Positions 10,243 to 22,532 of a stretch of 46,236 nt of DNA are shown piece after piece. The notes under the pieces are model-generated. The model was given only the letters and a program-made list of their open reading frames with translations, searched no databases and was not told where the DNA came from. The stretch covers positions 3,063,425 through 3,109,660 of the forward strand of contig NC_057720.1 of the NCBI RefSeq assembly GCF_004010195.1, in the 5' to 3' direction. Positions within the stretch are counted from its first letter, which is position 1. The number at the start of each line of letters is the position of its first letter. Source of the stretch: Chiloscyllium plagiosum. Taxonomy: Eukaryota. Position numbers and translations under genes: made by a program.

Positions 10243-13200
10243 CATAGAACATGGGACACAGAAAAGTACAGCACAGAACAGGCCCTTTGGCCCACGATGT
10301 TGTGCCGAGATTTAATCCTAATGTAAAATATATTAACTTAACCTACGCACCCCTCAATTCACTGCTATCCATGTGCATGTCCAGCAGTCGCTTAAATGTT
10401 CCCAATGACTCTGCTTCCACCACCACCGCTGGCAACGCATTCAATGCACTCACAACTCTCTGCGTAAAGAACCTACCTCTGACGTCTCCTTTATACCTTC
10501 CTCCTAATATCTTCAAACTATGACTCCTCATACCAGTCCATCCTGCCCTGGGGAAAAGTCTAAAACTATAGTAAAATCATCGTTACATCTATTCCTGGGC
10601 TCTCCTCATTGGCCTCCCATTTCTAAGCAACAGAATAGATCTCTTACTCTAAATCTCTCACCATATGCTATTTACCCATCCCCCGATGGACTCTGACCTT
10701 GAAACCTCACTGACAACATCATGATTTTTCATGAATTCTCAGCTTCATTTTGGGATCTCTCCATCACCTTGCCACCTTCTCTATTTTTATATCTCCTCTA
10801 GTCCCACAACCCTCTCACATCTCTGCTCTTCGAATTCCAGCAGTTATTAAGTTCCCTGCTGGTGACCAGGCCTTCAGCTGCCTGGAGCCTAAGCTCTGGA
10901 ATTCACTCCTTAATCCTCTCTGCCTCTCCACAGGTAAAACCTCCCGCATCCACTGAGCTTTTAGCTTTCTGACCAAATTTCCCTGTTTCTGACTCAGTTT
11001 AAACATTTTGATGGATAGTGAAGCACTTTAGGACTTTTTGATTTATGTAAAATCCATATTATTTTACTTTCTCTATTTTTGATTGTGGAATAAAGGGGAA
11101 ACGATGGACTGTTTTAAAACTAAGAACTGGAGAATGAATTGCTGCACATTTAAGCCAGGTCCTGAAATTTATTGTGTGCAATGTTTACACTGCTGCTTTA
11201 GTCATGCAAAAACAGAACGTAAAACAGTACAGTACAGGCCATTCAGCCCTCAATGTTGTGCTGGCCTTTTATCCTACTCTAAGGTCAGACTAACCTACAT
11301 ACCTTTCATTGTACTACCATCCATGTGCCTACCCAAGAGTCGCTTAAATGTCCCTCATGTCTCTGACTCTACTACCCCTGCTGGCAGTACATTCCACACA
11401 CCTACCACTCTCTGTGTAAAGAACTGACCTCTGACATCTCCACTAAACCATCCTCCAATCATTTTAAAATTATGTCCCCTCATGTTAACCATTTCCACCC
11501 TGGGAAAAGCTCTTTGCCTCTCAATATCTTGTACACCTCTATCAAGTCATCCTGATATTCTGATTTAATGGTGGAGCTGCTTTAGAGATGGAGATGGAGC
11601 CCTCTGTTCGCAGGAGGTCTACCGCTGGTCAGTTTCAATCAGAAAGCAGAGCTGAATACCTTTGGAAAGGTGGAGACAGAGAGAGAGAGAGAGCTACGCT
11701 CTGCAGCGTAATCTCGGTTAAAAAGCATCTCCAGGTTTCTCACACCATAAGGAGGAAACCCATGCAGACACAGGGAGAATGTGCAAACTCCACACAGATA
11801 GTCACCCGAATCAAACCTGGGATCCTGGTGCTGTGAGGTAGCAGCGCTAACCACTGAGCCACTGTGTCACCCCTTTTGTAGAATGCAGTCTGACCAGAGC
11901 CTGCTACAGCCTCAGTGGTACATCTCTACTCTTGTATTTCAGTCCCTTTGAAATGAATGTGAGCATTGTGTTTGCCTCCCTAACTCCCACTGAATCTGCA
12001 CGTTAACTTTATGACAATCCTGAACTCGGATTCCCAAGTCCCTTTGTGCTTCAGATTTCCGAAACCCTTCCCCATTTTAAAAAGAATCTATGCCCCTATT
12101 CTTCCTGCTGTGCATAGCCTCCCACTTTCAGACATTGTGCTTCATCTACCACCTCTTTGCCCACTCTCCTGTCTATGGCTTTCTGCCTTCTGCATCCAGA
12201 TCCTTATGTATGCCATGAATAGTTATGGTCCCGACTCTTACTGAATTCCACTTATCCTCCAGGTGCCATCCTGAAAAAGACCCGTTTGTCCCCCCTGTCT
12301 GTCTTGAAAGGGAATGGATTCACATATTTATTTAGTTTTTTTTGTCTGCATTGCTCTGTCCCCATTTTACTACAATTCATCCCAAAACATGTAAGGTTTT
12401 ATTTTCAAAAAACTACAACGATTGCTTTTGAGTGATTTTTTTTCTGGAAATTAAAGTGCCTGACAGGAACAGAAACCCAGAATCTCGGAGCAGGAGGAGG
12501 CCATTCGGCCCTTCGAGCCTGCTCTGCCGTTCAATCGGATCATGGCTGATCCCTACCTCAATGCCATAAACGTGCTCTCTCCATATCCTTTGATGCATTT
12601 GAAATCTATCAATGTCCTTCTTGAATCTATCCAATGACCCAGGCTGCACAGCCTTCTGTGGGAGGGAATTCACCCAAGGTATGGACCATCCACCATGCAT
12701 TGAATCTTATTCGTGTTTGTTGGTGGGATGTTTCGAGTATTTATTGCCTGCCCCTAATTGCCCAGAGGGCAGATGAGAGTCAACCACATTGCTGTGGGTC
12801 TGGAGTCACATGTAGACCAGTTTCCTTCCCTAAAGGACATTAGTGAACCAGATGGGTTTTTGGCAACAATTGACAATCATCATTAGATGAGCCTTTTAAT
12901 TCTACATCTTTATTGAATTTAAATTTTACCATCTGGAATTCAAACACATCGAGTCATCGAGATGAACAGCATGGAAACAGACCCTCCGGTCCAACTCGTC
13001 CACGCCCACCAGATATCCTACATTAATCTAGTCTCATTTACCAGCATTTGGCCCATATCCCTCTAAACCCTTCCCATTCATATACCCATCCAGATGCCTT
13101 TTAAATGCTGTAATTGTACCAGCCTCCACCACTTCCTTTGGCAGCTCATTCCATGCACATACCACACTCTGCCTGGAAAAGTTGCCCTTTAAGACTCTTT

Positions 13201-14200
13201 TAAATCTTTTCCCTCTCAAGTTAAACCTATTCCCTCCAGTACTGGACTCCCCCACCCCAGGGAAAAGACTTTGTCTATTTAACCTATCCATAGCCTCATG
13301 ATTTTATAAACCTTTATAAGGTCACCCCTCAGCCTCCGCTGCTCCAGGGAAAACAGCCCCAGCATATTCAACCTCTCCCTGTAGCTCAAATCCTCCAATC
13401 CTGGCAACATCCTTGTAAATCTTTTCTGAACCCTTTCAAGTTTCACAACATCCTTCTTATAGCAGGCAGACGAGAACCAGTTATCCAAAAGTGGCCTAAC
13501 CAACATCCTGTACAGCTGCAATATGACCTCCCAACTCCTGTACTCAATACTCTGACCAATAAAGGAAAGCATACCAAACGTCGCCTTCACTATCCTATCT
13601 ACCTGCGACTCCACTTTCAAGGAGCTATGAATCTGCACTCCAAGATTGCTGAACACATCCCCAGCACCTTAACCTGGGGGCACTGAATTACTAACCCAGT
13701 GACAGTGCTCACTGTGTCACCTCCTCCCCATCTCTCTAGCCCTGTTATAATTTTATACGTCTCAATCAGAGCCCCCTCTCAGCTTTCACTCTCGAGTGAA
13801 CACAGACCCCAGTTGTAGAGTTATGGAGAGTCAGCACGGGAAAAAACCCCTTGGTCTAACTCCTCCATGCCGACCACTTTTCTCAAACTTAACTATGCAT
13901 GGAATGCGTTGCCAGCTGTGTTGGTAGAAGCAGAGTCACTGGGGACATTTAAGTGACTGCTGGACATGCACATGGATAGCAGTGAGTTAAGGGGTGCGTA
14001 GGTGAAGTTACTATATTTTACATTAGGATTAAATCTCGGCACAACATCATGGGCCTAAGGGCCTGTTCTGTGCTGTACTTTTCTATGTTCCATGTTAACT
14101 CGTCCTACCTGCCTGTGATTGGCCCATATCCCTCTAAACCTTTCCTTTCCATGTACCTGTCCAAGCGTCTTTTAAATGTTGTAACCGTACCTAACCAATC
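10243..14200 (-). mobile_element. Cluster of CR1 3' ends (10243-10560, 11210-11550, 11875-12310, 12465-12700, 12950-13645, 13815-14200 with a + copy at 13896-14092), an L2-like fragment (10570-11030) and a partial HE1 (11754-11872)
   Basis: ORF track FFTQRVV..WN.LP..VVEA motifs, 13279-13656 RT C-terminus, CR1 tail repeats. Confidence 0.8.
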
Positions 14201-15070
14201 ACTGCTGATGGAGAGTCCGAGCCTTCCCGGTCTCAGACTTGTCAACCTCTGCTACACTCCCTCTAAGATGTGTTTTCTCACTTAGGGAGGTGTAGCAAGA
14301 ACAAAGCGAGCTAAAGATGATGACTACGTCTTTTTACAAATGAACCAATTTTGTGAGAATTATTTCAGTTCAGGCAGAGTCACAATGAGGCGAGGGAGTG
14401 GGATGTGGCAGCTGGGATCTTTAAACTAGGAATAAATCGGAATTTGGGGACCCATGCATAGAGGGTGAATTAAATTTCTTTGATGTGTCTCCTCAGTATT
14501 AAGGTAGTCATTCAGAGTATTCTTTTTAAATTGAACACTACCTTTTGAAGTGAACACAATTGGTTTCCTTTACTTATTACTTTCAGCAAAGTGTTTTTAA
14601 GAAACCACATCTGCTGCCCATCAGGATGTCTGCTGTTGGAGCCACACCACTGCATTCCTCTGCAGTTTCATACCTGCTCACTGTGGTGTAATGGAATAAA
14701 GTAGATTCTTACCCTGCCTTTGAACGAAACATTCCTTTGAGTAACAGACAGAGATTTAATGTTTAGGAAAGAATGTGAACAAAAAAAGGCTCTCATTTTC
14801 TCTGAAACATCAACGTGTTAGTCTACTGAAGTGAATTATGGCTCAAATGTTTCTTTTACATTAACTCCCAAGAAGATGGTTTTTAGCTCTGTTCAACACT
14901 CCCCCATATAAGGAAACAGTGCAATTGTAACTGTACAAATCTTTAGCCAATTAATGGGCCATGTCGTGACATCTTGCGAGAAGCCCACCCATGAGACATT
15001 TTCCCCAAAAACACATCTGTGAGTTATGTTTATTCCTGTAAATCCTCTCAGTCAGAGGAGTAACTGATTT

Positions 15071-16950
15071 AAGACCATAATAAATAGGATAAGGAATAGG
15101 CCATTTGGCCCTTCATGCTTGCCCCACCATTCAATAGGATCTTGGCTGATCTGACATTCCTCACATCCACTTTGCTGCTCTTTCCCAGTAACCCTTGATT
15201 CCCTGACTGATCAAGACTCAGGTTGTAAGTTTGCTCACTGAGCTGGTAGGTTTGTTCTGAGACATTTCGGCACCATGCTAGGTAATGTCTTCAGTGAACC
15301 TCCGGTGAAGCGCTGGTATTCTGTCCCACTTGCTGTTTATCTGTCTCAGATTGATGTGGTGGGAGATACCATTTCCAGTTCTGAGAGGTTGGGAAATGGG
15401 GTCCAAATCAATATGTTTGTTAATGGCGTTCCAGTCTGAATGCCAGGCCTCCCTTTGTCTTTGTTTAGCCTGTCCCAGGGTGGATATATTGTCCCAGTCA
15501 AACTGGTGTCCCTCTTCGTCTCTGTGTAATGGATATTAGTGATAGTAGGTCATGCTTTTTGGTGGCTAATTGGTGCTGGTGTGTCCTAGTGGCTAGTTTC
15601 CTGCCTGTCTGTCCAATCTAGTATTTGTTGCAGACTCTGCAGGGTATTTTATCTTGCATTCATTCTGCTGGCTGTGGCTACAGGGTCCTTTAAACCCATC
15701 AGTAGTTGTTTTAATGTGGTGGTAGGTTTGTGGGCCATCATGATACCTCAGGGTCGGAGTAGTCTGGTCAACATCTCTGAGATGTCTTTCCCGTATGGCA
15801 GGGTGGCTGTAGTCTCTGGCATGTTGTATCTTGTTTAGTCTGTTGTGTAGGAATCGGCGGACTGCGCTTATCAGGTACCCATTGCTCCTGAACATGTTGT
15901 AAAGGTGTTTTTCCTCTGCTTCATAGTTCCTGGGTGCTGCAGGGTGCTGTGGCTCGTTTACATAATGTCCTGATGCAGCTCAGTTTGTGGGTGTTGGGAT
16001 GATTGCTCCTGCAGTTGACTATCTGGTCAGTGTGTGGGGCTTTCCTGTAGACGCTGGTATGCAACTCTCCATTGGCTTTTCATTCTACTGTGACATCTGG
16101 AAAGGGGAGTCTGTTGTTGTTCTCTTTGGTGAACTTCATACCAGTAAGGATGTTGTTTGTGGGTTTCTTATAATTTGTTGTGTTTCATGGTGACAAAGGT
16201 GTCATCCACACAGCGGACCCAAAGCTGGGGTTGGATCGTGGGAAGGGCTATTCGATCTAACCTCAGGGTGACTGCTTCTGCTAAGAGTCCTAATAGTGGT
16301 GATCCCATAGGCGTCCCGCTAATTTGTTTATAGATCTTGTCATTGAAGGTGAAGTGGTTATGAAGTGTAGATCCAGTAGTTTGCGGATGCTGTCTTTGTT
16401 GATGGAGTTGGTGCTGTCAGGTGTTTGTATCCCTGGCTTGTCTAGCAGTGAGGCCAGTGATCAAGAATCTCTCTCTCTCTCTCTCAGCCTTAAATATACA
16501 CAAGGACTCTGCCCCCACAGCTTTCTGTGGCAAGGAGTTCCAGAGACTCACAGCCCTCTGACAGCAGAAATTCCTCCTCATCTCAGTCTTAAATTGGTGC
16601 CCCTTTATTCTGAGACTATGCCCTCTGGTCCCAGATTGTCCCAGGAGGGGAAACATCCTCTCAGCATTGACCCTGTCAAACTCCTTAAGAACCTGATATG
16701 TTTCAGTGAGATCACCTCTCATTCTCCTAAACGCCAGGGAGTAGAGTCCCAACCTGTTTAACCTTTGCTCCCTGGGATCATCCCAATGAGCCCTCTCTGA
16801 TCTGCCTCCTCTTTCTTAAATAAGTGGGCCAATACTCTTCGAAGTATGCCAGATGTGGTCTCCCCAGCCACTTGTATAGTTGCAGTAAGATTTCCCTACT
16901 CTTATATTCCAATCCCCTTGAAATAAGGGCCAGCATTTCATTGCCCTTCC
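15071..16950 (-). mobile_element. CR1 3' region split by a Penelope insertion
   Basis: Tail at 15071-15216, body resumes at 16467 (MGLYSLAFRRMRGDLTETY..). Confidence 0.85.
15217..16457 (-). mobile_element. Penelope/Poseidon-like retroelement: RT plus GIY-YIG, decayed, with 3' pLTR
   Basis: GTPMGSPLLGLLAEAV, WVRCVDDTFV (YVDD-like), FRSNGY, GQTGRKLATR, AWHS..NAINKHIDLDP; 9-bp TSD tgatcaaga at 15208-15216 and 16458-16466. Confidence 0.9.
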
Positions 16951-16999
16951 TTAAAAATCACACAACACCAGGTTATAGTCCAACAGGTTTAATTGGAAG

Positions 17000-17034
17000 C
17001 ACTAGCTTTCGGAGCGACACTCCTTCATCAGGTG
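17000..17034 (-). ncRNA. Minimal hammerhead motif (family A), opposite arm
   Basis: Minus strand CAC-CUGAUGA-A-GGAGU-guc-GCUCC-GAAA-GC-UA-GUG. Confidence 0.65.
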
Positions 17035-17057
17035 GTTGTCAATCACCTGATGACAAT

Positions 17058-17092
17058 CACCTGATGAAGGAGCATCACTCCGAAAGCTAGTG
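17058..17092 (+). ncRNA. Minimal hammerhead motif (family A)
   Basis: CAC-CUGAUGA-A-GGAG(caucA)CUCC-GAAA-GC-UA-GUG. Confidence 0.65.
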
Positions 17093-17533
17093 CTTCCAAT
17101 TAAACCTGTTGGACTATAACCTGGTGTTGTGTGATTTTTAACTGTGTACACCCCAGTCCAACACCGGTATCTCCGAATCATTGCCCTTCCTGATTACCTG
17201 CTGTCCCTGTGTGCTGGCTTTCTGTGTTTCTTGCACGAGTTCCCCCCAAGTCCCTTTGGGTTGAATTTCCCAGTGGAATTATTGCCTTGGAGTAAATTTG
17301 ATGTGTTATCGATTTTAAATGGCAGGCACCAGTTTTTGCTCTCCATGGGGCTGAAGAAAGTTGAGCTTTCAATGTAAACGTTCCTTCCTTCTGTTACTGG
17401 GCATGTCATTTTTTTGCAGTTCACTGATAACAATGAGTCAGGGTCCCCATGACCCTGCAGAGAAACCTCTGCTCAGTGTGAGACTCTACCTCCACACAGC
17501 TGACTTGGAACATTAGAAAACCTTTGATTATCT

Positions 17534-18043
17534 TGATGTGGAGGAGCCGGTGTTGGACTGGGGTGGGCAAAGTTAAAAATCACACGACACCAGGTTTTAG
17601 ATTAGATTACATTACAGTGTGGAAACAGGCCCTTCGGCCCAACAAGTCCACACCGACCCGCCAAAGCGCAACCCACCCATACCCCTACATTTACCCCTTA
17701 CCTAACACTACGGGCAATTTAGCATGGCCAATTCACCTAACCTGCACATCTTTGGACTGTGGGAGGAAACCGGAGCACCCGGAGGAAACCCACGCAGACA
17801 CGGGGAGAATGTGCAAACTCCACACAGTCAGTCGCCTGAGGCGGGAATTGAACCCGGGTCTCTGGCGCTGCGAGGCAGCAGTGCTAACCACTGTGCCACC
17901 GTGTCGCCCACACGTGCCGGTTTTAGTCCAACAGGTTTATTTGGAAGCACTAGCTTTCAGAGCGCTGCTCCTTCCTCAGGTGGTTGTGGAGTATAAGGTC
18001 ATAGGACATAAATTGCTACAAATTCTGTGTCTTACAATCACTC
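17534..18043 (-). mobile_element. Penelope family A pLTR interrupted by an HE1 SINE
   Basis: gatgtggaggagccggtgttggactgggg.. resumes ..ttagtccaacaggtttatttggaagcac; hammerhead-like motif at 17948-17982. Confidence 0.8.
17597..17909 (-). mobile_element. Young HE1-type V-SINE
   Basis: CpG-rich, intact A box (TGGCACAGTGG) and B box (GGTTCAATTCC); ggttttag duplicated on both sides. Confidence 0.9.
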
Positions 18044-18519
18044 CTCTCATCTCCTTCCTCCCACTTCTCTCTGCCTTGTCTGAGGACCCTGCATGAAATC
18101 CCACGCATTCCTCTTTGCTTATCTTTGTGAGGTTTAGTCGGTGTGTTACTGGGATTAAATAGAAGTAATTGCTTGTGCCCAACTTGTGAAAGGAAACCTG
18201 CAAACTGGGAGACATTCCTCCCAGCTAATTCCTTTCAGTCCGACGCTTGGCTTGAATGGAGAAACTATTTAATGTTGTATAACGATTCAAAGCTTCCACT
18301 TGAATATATAAATCTTTGTCGGTGCCCAATCCAGGTTGCGATATGCAAAGCTTTCACAATTGGGATGAAATTTACAGGGTGTATTTTGAACAGGCTCTCC
18401 CACGTTTGGATTGTGTGTGAACATAATCAGCTAGGATTTTCCCTGACACGGGATCGATTCTCTGCTTTTTCTCTTTAAACTGAATTACTCCAGATATGAG
18501 AGTGTATCAGTGCAATGTT

Positions 18520-19990
18520 ATACAGTCTATAGCCCTGAAAAGAGGCCCTTTAACCCAGCAGATCTGTGCTGGTCAAACACAGCCCCCTAACTTTCCCAGC
18601 ACTTGGCCCATATCCTGTATGCCTTTGTGTAACAGTGCCCATCTAAACCCTGTGCTGCGGGTTTCTGCCTCTCTCACCCTTACAGGCAGGAAGTTCCAGA
18701 TCCCGATCGCTGTCTGGGTGAAAACATTTACCCTCAAATCCCCCTCTAAACCTCCTGCCCTTTCCCTTAAATCCATGCCCCGGGTCACTGATCCCTCCAA
18801 CAAGGGAGCGGTTCCTTCCTGTCTACCCTATCAATGCCCCTCATCACTTTCTCCAGCTCGATCATGTCTCCTCTCTGTCTCTTCTGCTCTTAGGTAAACA
18901 AGCCCAGTCTGTCCAATCTCTCTTCATCACTGAAACTCTCCAGCCCAGGCTACATCCTGGGAAATCTCCTCTGCACCCTCCCCAGTGCTATCACGTCCCT
19001 CTGACAATGTGTATTTTAGAACTGCATGAACCAATCTAGTGATGGCCTAACCAATGTTTCAAACACTTCCATCATCACCTCACTGTTCTTAGACCCCAGC
19101 CCTCAGCTAATAAAGACAAATATCCCATATGTCTTTTTACACAACATTGGTTTGGCCACTTTTGGAATTCTGTGTGTAATTCTGGTCTCCCTGTTATAGG
19201 AAAGATTTGTAAAACTTGAAACGGTTCCCTCTGAATCCTTGGTGCTACACAGGGTCCAACTGTTCATCATGTATTTCCTTGCCTTGTTTTTCCTGTCCAA
19301 GTGCATCACTTCAGACTTAGCCAGATTGAATTCCATTTACCACTGATCAACCCATTTGACCACATATATCCTCCTGTAATTTAAGGTTATCCTTCTCACT
19401 ATTTGCCATCCTACCAATTTTCATTTCATCTGAGAACTTACTGATCAATCCACTTACATTCAAGTCTAAATCAATTAATTCAACTAAAAACTTACAAATA
19501 CAATAAACACCAAGGGCCCCAACATTGATCCCTGCTGAAACCCATTAGACACAGGCTTCCAGTCACAAAAGTACCCCTTGACCATCACCTTTTGCTTCCA
19601 GCCATGCAGCCAATTCTGGATCCAATTAGCTAAATTTTCTTGGATCCCATGGGCTCTTACCATCACTATGGGTCTGTAATGAGTGACCTTATCAAAAGCT
19701 TTCTGAAATCCAAATAGAACAAATCAAATGCATTGCCCTCATCTACACACCTGGTTACCTCTTCAAAAAATTCACTCAAGTGGTCAGACATGACCTTCCC
19801 ATGCTGAGTGTTGTTTATTAATTCCTGCCTCACCAAATGCAGATTAATTCTGTCACTGAGAATACGTTTCCCCACCACTAAGGTTAAGCTGACTGGTATG
19901 TAGTTTCCGGATTTATCTCATGTTCCTTTCTCAAATAATAGTAACACACTTGGCTGTCCTACAGTCCTCTGTCATCACACCTGTGGCTCG
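18520..19990 (-). mobile_element. Old CR1 ORF2 RT region
   Basis: FDLFYLDFRK, NWIQNWL..GFQQGSMLGPL, MEFNLAKSEVMH. Confidence 0.85.
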
Positions 19991-20784
19991 GGAGGAACTG
20001 AACCTTATGTCACTGGACTGGGTAATGATCTGGTACAAGTGTCTAAATCCCAGCATGGCAGACGAGGAGATTTGAATTCAATGAGTACCTGGAATTTTAA
20101 ACATGCTAGTTTAATGATGACCATGAATCACTGTCAATTTTCATTTATCAATTTTCATTTTTTTAAAAAACCCACCCGATTCTCAAATGGGAATAAAAAT
20201 GTGAAAATCTGCTGTCCTTACCTTATTTTCAAATTTACGTGTGGTAAATATTTCAAGTCTAAGATGAAGCTTTTTCAGAACTGGCCAAAGAAGTTCTGAA
20301 ACATGAACTTGAAACCTCTGCCAGACCTGCTGAGTTTCTCCAACATTCTCTGTATGTTTTGGATTTCCAGTGTTTGACTTTCACCAGACCCACAGCCAAT
20401 GTGGTTGACTCTTAAGTGCCCTCTGAACTGGCCAAGGAAGGGCAATTAGAGACTGGCACCAATGCTGGCTCAGTCACTGAAAGAAGAAAAAAAAAATGTG
20501 CAACTGCAATTCTGTCTTAGATTTGACTGAACTATTTTAGAACTGAAGGATGGTTCTAGTTAACCTTGGGGTGGGTTCACTGAAAGGTGACATTCAGGGG
20601 TGATGGTTTATGGATCCATCAGAATGTTCTTTCATTCCACTGGAATCTTTAAGCAGGTCCTTTAAGAATCATTTACATTTCTTGTTAAATATCTTCCTTG
20701 GGCTTGAGAGTCATAACATCCCTTCGTTTAGTCTCATTTCCTGCTTAAATCCACTTCACCTCTCAAGTATTCATCCCTTTTCTT

Positions 20785-21450
20785 CTAAGGGAGCAATTCA
20801 CCAAAAGATCCTCAGACAGCATCTTCCAAATCCACCTCCAACTTCCATCTGGGAGGACAGGGGCAGCAGATATATGGGAACACCACCCCCTGCAAGTTCC
20901 CCTCCAAGCCACTCACCATCCTGACATGGAAATATAAGATCACAAGAGGTAGCATAAATAGGTCATTCGGCCCATCGAGTCTGCTGCACCATTCAATCAT
21001 GGCCGATATGTTCCTCAACCCCACAGTCCTGTCTTCTCCCTGTAACCCCTGATCCCCTCAGTAATCAGGAACCTATCTCTGTTGCAAATACACATAATGA
21101 CTTGGCCTCGACAGCCTTCTCCAGCAATGAGTTTGACAGATTCCCCACCCCCTAGCTGAGGAAATTCTCTATGCCTCAGATCTTAAGTGTTGTTGTATCA
21201 GTCTTGAGGCACTGCCTTCGGGTTCTAGTCTCTCCTCCTGGTAGAAACATCTTCTCCAACACATCTTCTCCACTTCCACTCTATCCAGGCCTCTAAGTAT
21301 TGTGTAAGTTTCGATCAGATTCCACCCAATCCCTCCCCCCACTCCACCCCCTTCCTTCGAAAGACCATCAAGTACAGAACCCAGAGTCCTCGAACATTCC
21401 TCATTAGACACGGGGCCCAAACTGCTCACAATATTCCGAATGCAGTCTGA
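20785..21450. mobile_element. LINE 3' fragment (+, 20785-20935) and CR1 3' end (-, 20936-21450)
   Basis: First part matches 29957-30090 (aattcaccaaa.atcctcagacagcatcttccaaa); second encodes LIETYTILRGLDRVEVEKM. Confidence 0.75.
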
Positions 21451-21651
21451 GCCCGCATCCCAGCACAGTGCTCAATGTGGGACAGTGTTTATCTTGATTA
21501 GCTACTATCACATAATATCTGACGTTTGTAAAGTTCAAGGGTGTTTGAACCGATGAGAGAGCTGATCTCACTTAGATCCCACACATGACTAATACCTGTT
21601 GTTACACTTTGAAACAGAACATACCCAGTCATCAGGTCCATAAATAAATTG

Positions 21652-21662
21652 TTTATTTTATT
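21652..21662 (-). terminator. Polyadenylation signal (overlapping AATAAAATAAA)
   Basis: Plus-strand tttatt at 21652-21657 and 21657-21662; downstream on minus strand GGGTATGTTCTGTTT (GU-rich). Confidence 0.75.
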
Positions 21663-22532
21663 TTCTTTAAAAAAATTAAAATCTATGTACATTTCATTCC
21701 AGTATGACATTTTTCTTCTGTATCCAAATAGAATTTGCTACATTTTTGATAAATAATGCAACATTGGAAGGATATACTGCAGGTCTGGGTAATAACTGCT
21801 TCAGTTCGCTGTGCTATGCGGAGTAGACAGCTAAAGCCTTTACAGAGAGTTGCTTGTTAGCTGCCAGATGATGTGAGCTGTGTAGCTCACTTCAGGAAGT
21901 GATGTGACCCACGTAAAGGTTGCTAACCCACACCATTTCCTTGCTCAGGAACACCAACTAATTATTACATTTTCAATTACAACCATGTTTTCATTCAAGC
22001 ACTTGATAAAAGACAATACACTGATAATGATACACGATAAGACATTATATAATAATACAAATATACAGTTGCTTTGTTACAAATAGAACAAAAGCTCACA
22101 GAAACTATGCTCCAAAATGAAGCTATCTCCTTGCTCCAACAAATTGAAGCTTTCGATTAACTTTGAGGGTCGACTCTTTCCCTCAGTCTTTAGCTGCCAC
22201 ATGGGCAATGCTGCACAGTGCATGTAGGTATAGCTACAGTATCACAACAAAACTCTCTGCCCGTGCCCTCCCATCCCTTTCCATGTCACTGCCAGTAAGA
22301 CGTGGCAAAAGTTAGAATCCTACACAATGGCCCCTTCAAAACAATAAAGGAAACCCTCATCACATTCTCCAATGATATGTTGGAACTGATATGGCATTTA
22401 GTTGGGGAGATTCTAACCTGGGGCCAGTGCAAATCTTAAATTGTGCTGGTTATTCCCATAACCGTGACAAACCCTCTCTCACTTTCAAAGTGAAAGGAAG
22501 AATTATTCCATAAAGGCTGCCGCTTTAAGAGC

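Larger units (their letters stand above)
16952..17177 (+). mobile_element. Fold-back Penelope family A element
   Basis: 91-bp inverted arms 16951-17041 / 17051-17141 (4 mismatches); 14-bp TSD tcattgcccttcct at 16938-16951 and 17178-17191. Confidence 0.9.

Noticed and set aside
11695..11710. Small hairpin TACGCT-ctgc-AGCGTA in a unique patch
   Set aside because: A 6-bp stem is expected by chance in 46 kb
14947..14957. CCAATTAATGG as a second CArG box
   Set aside because: Seven A/T bases between CC and GG, not the required six
17524..18096. 190-aa ORF
   Set aside because: Read-through of antisense Penelope pLTR plus HE1 SINE
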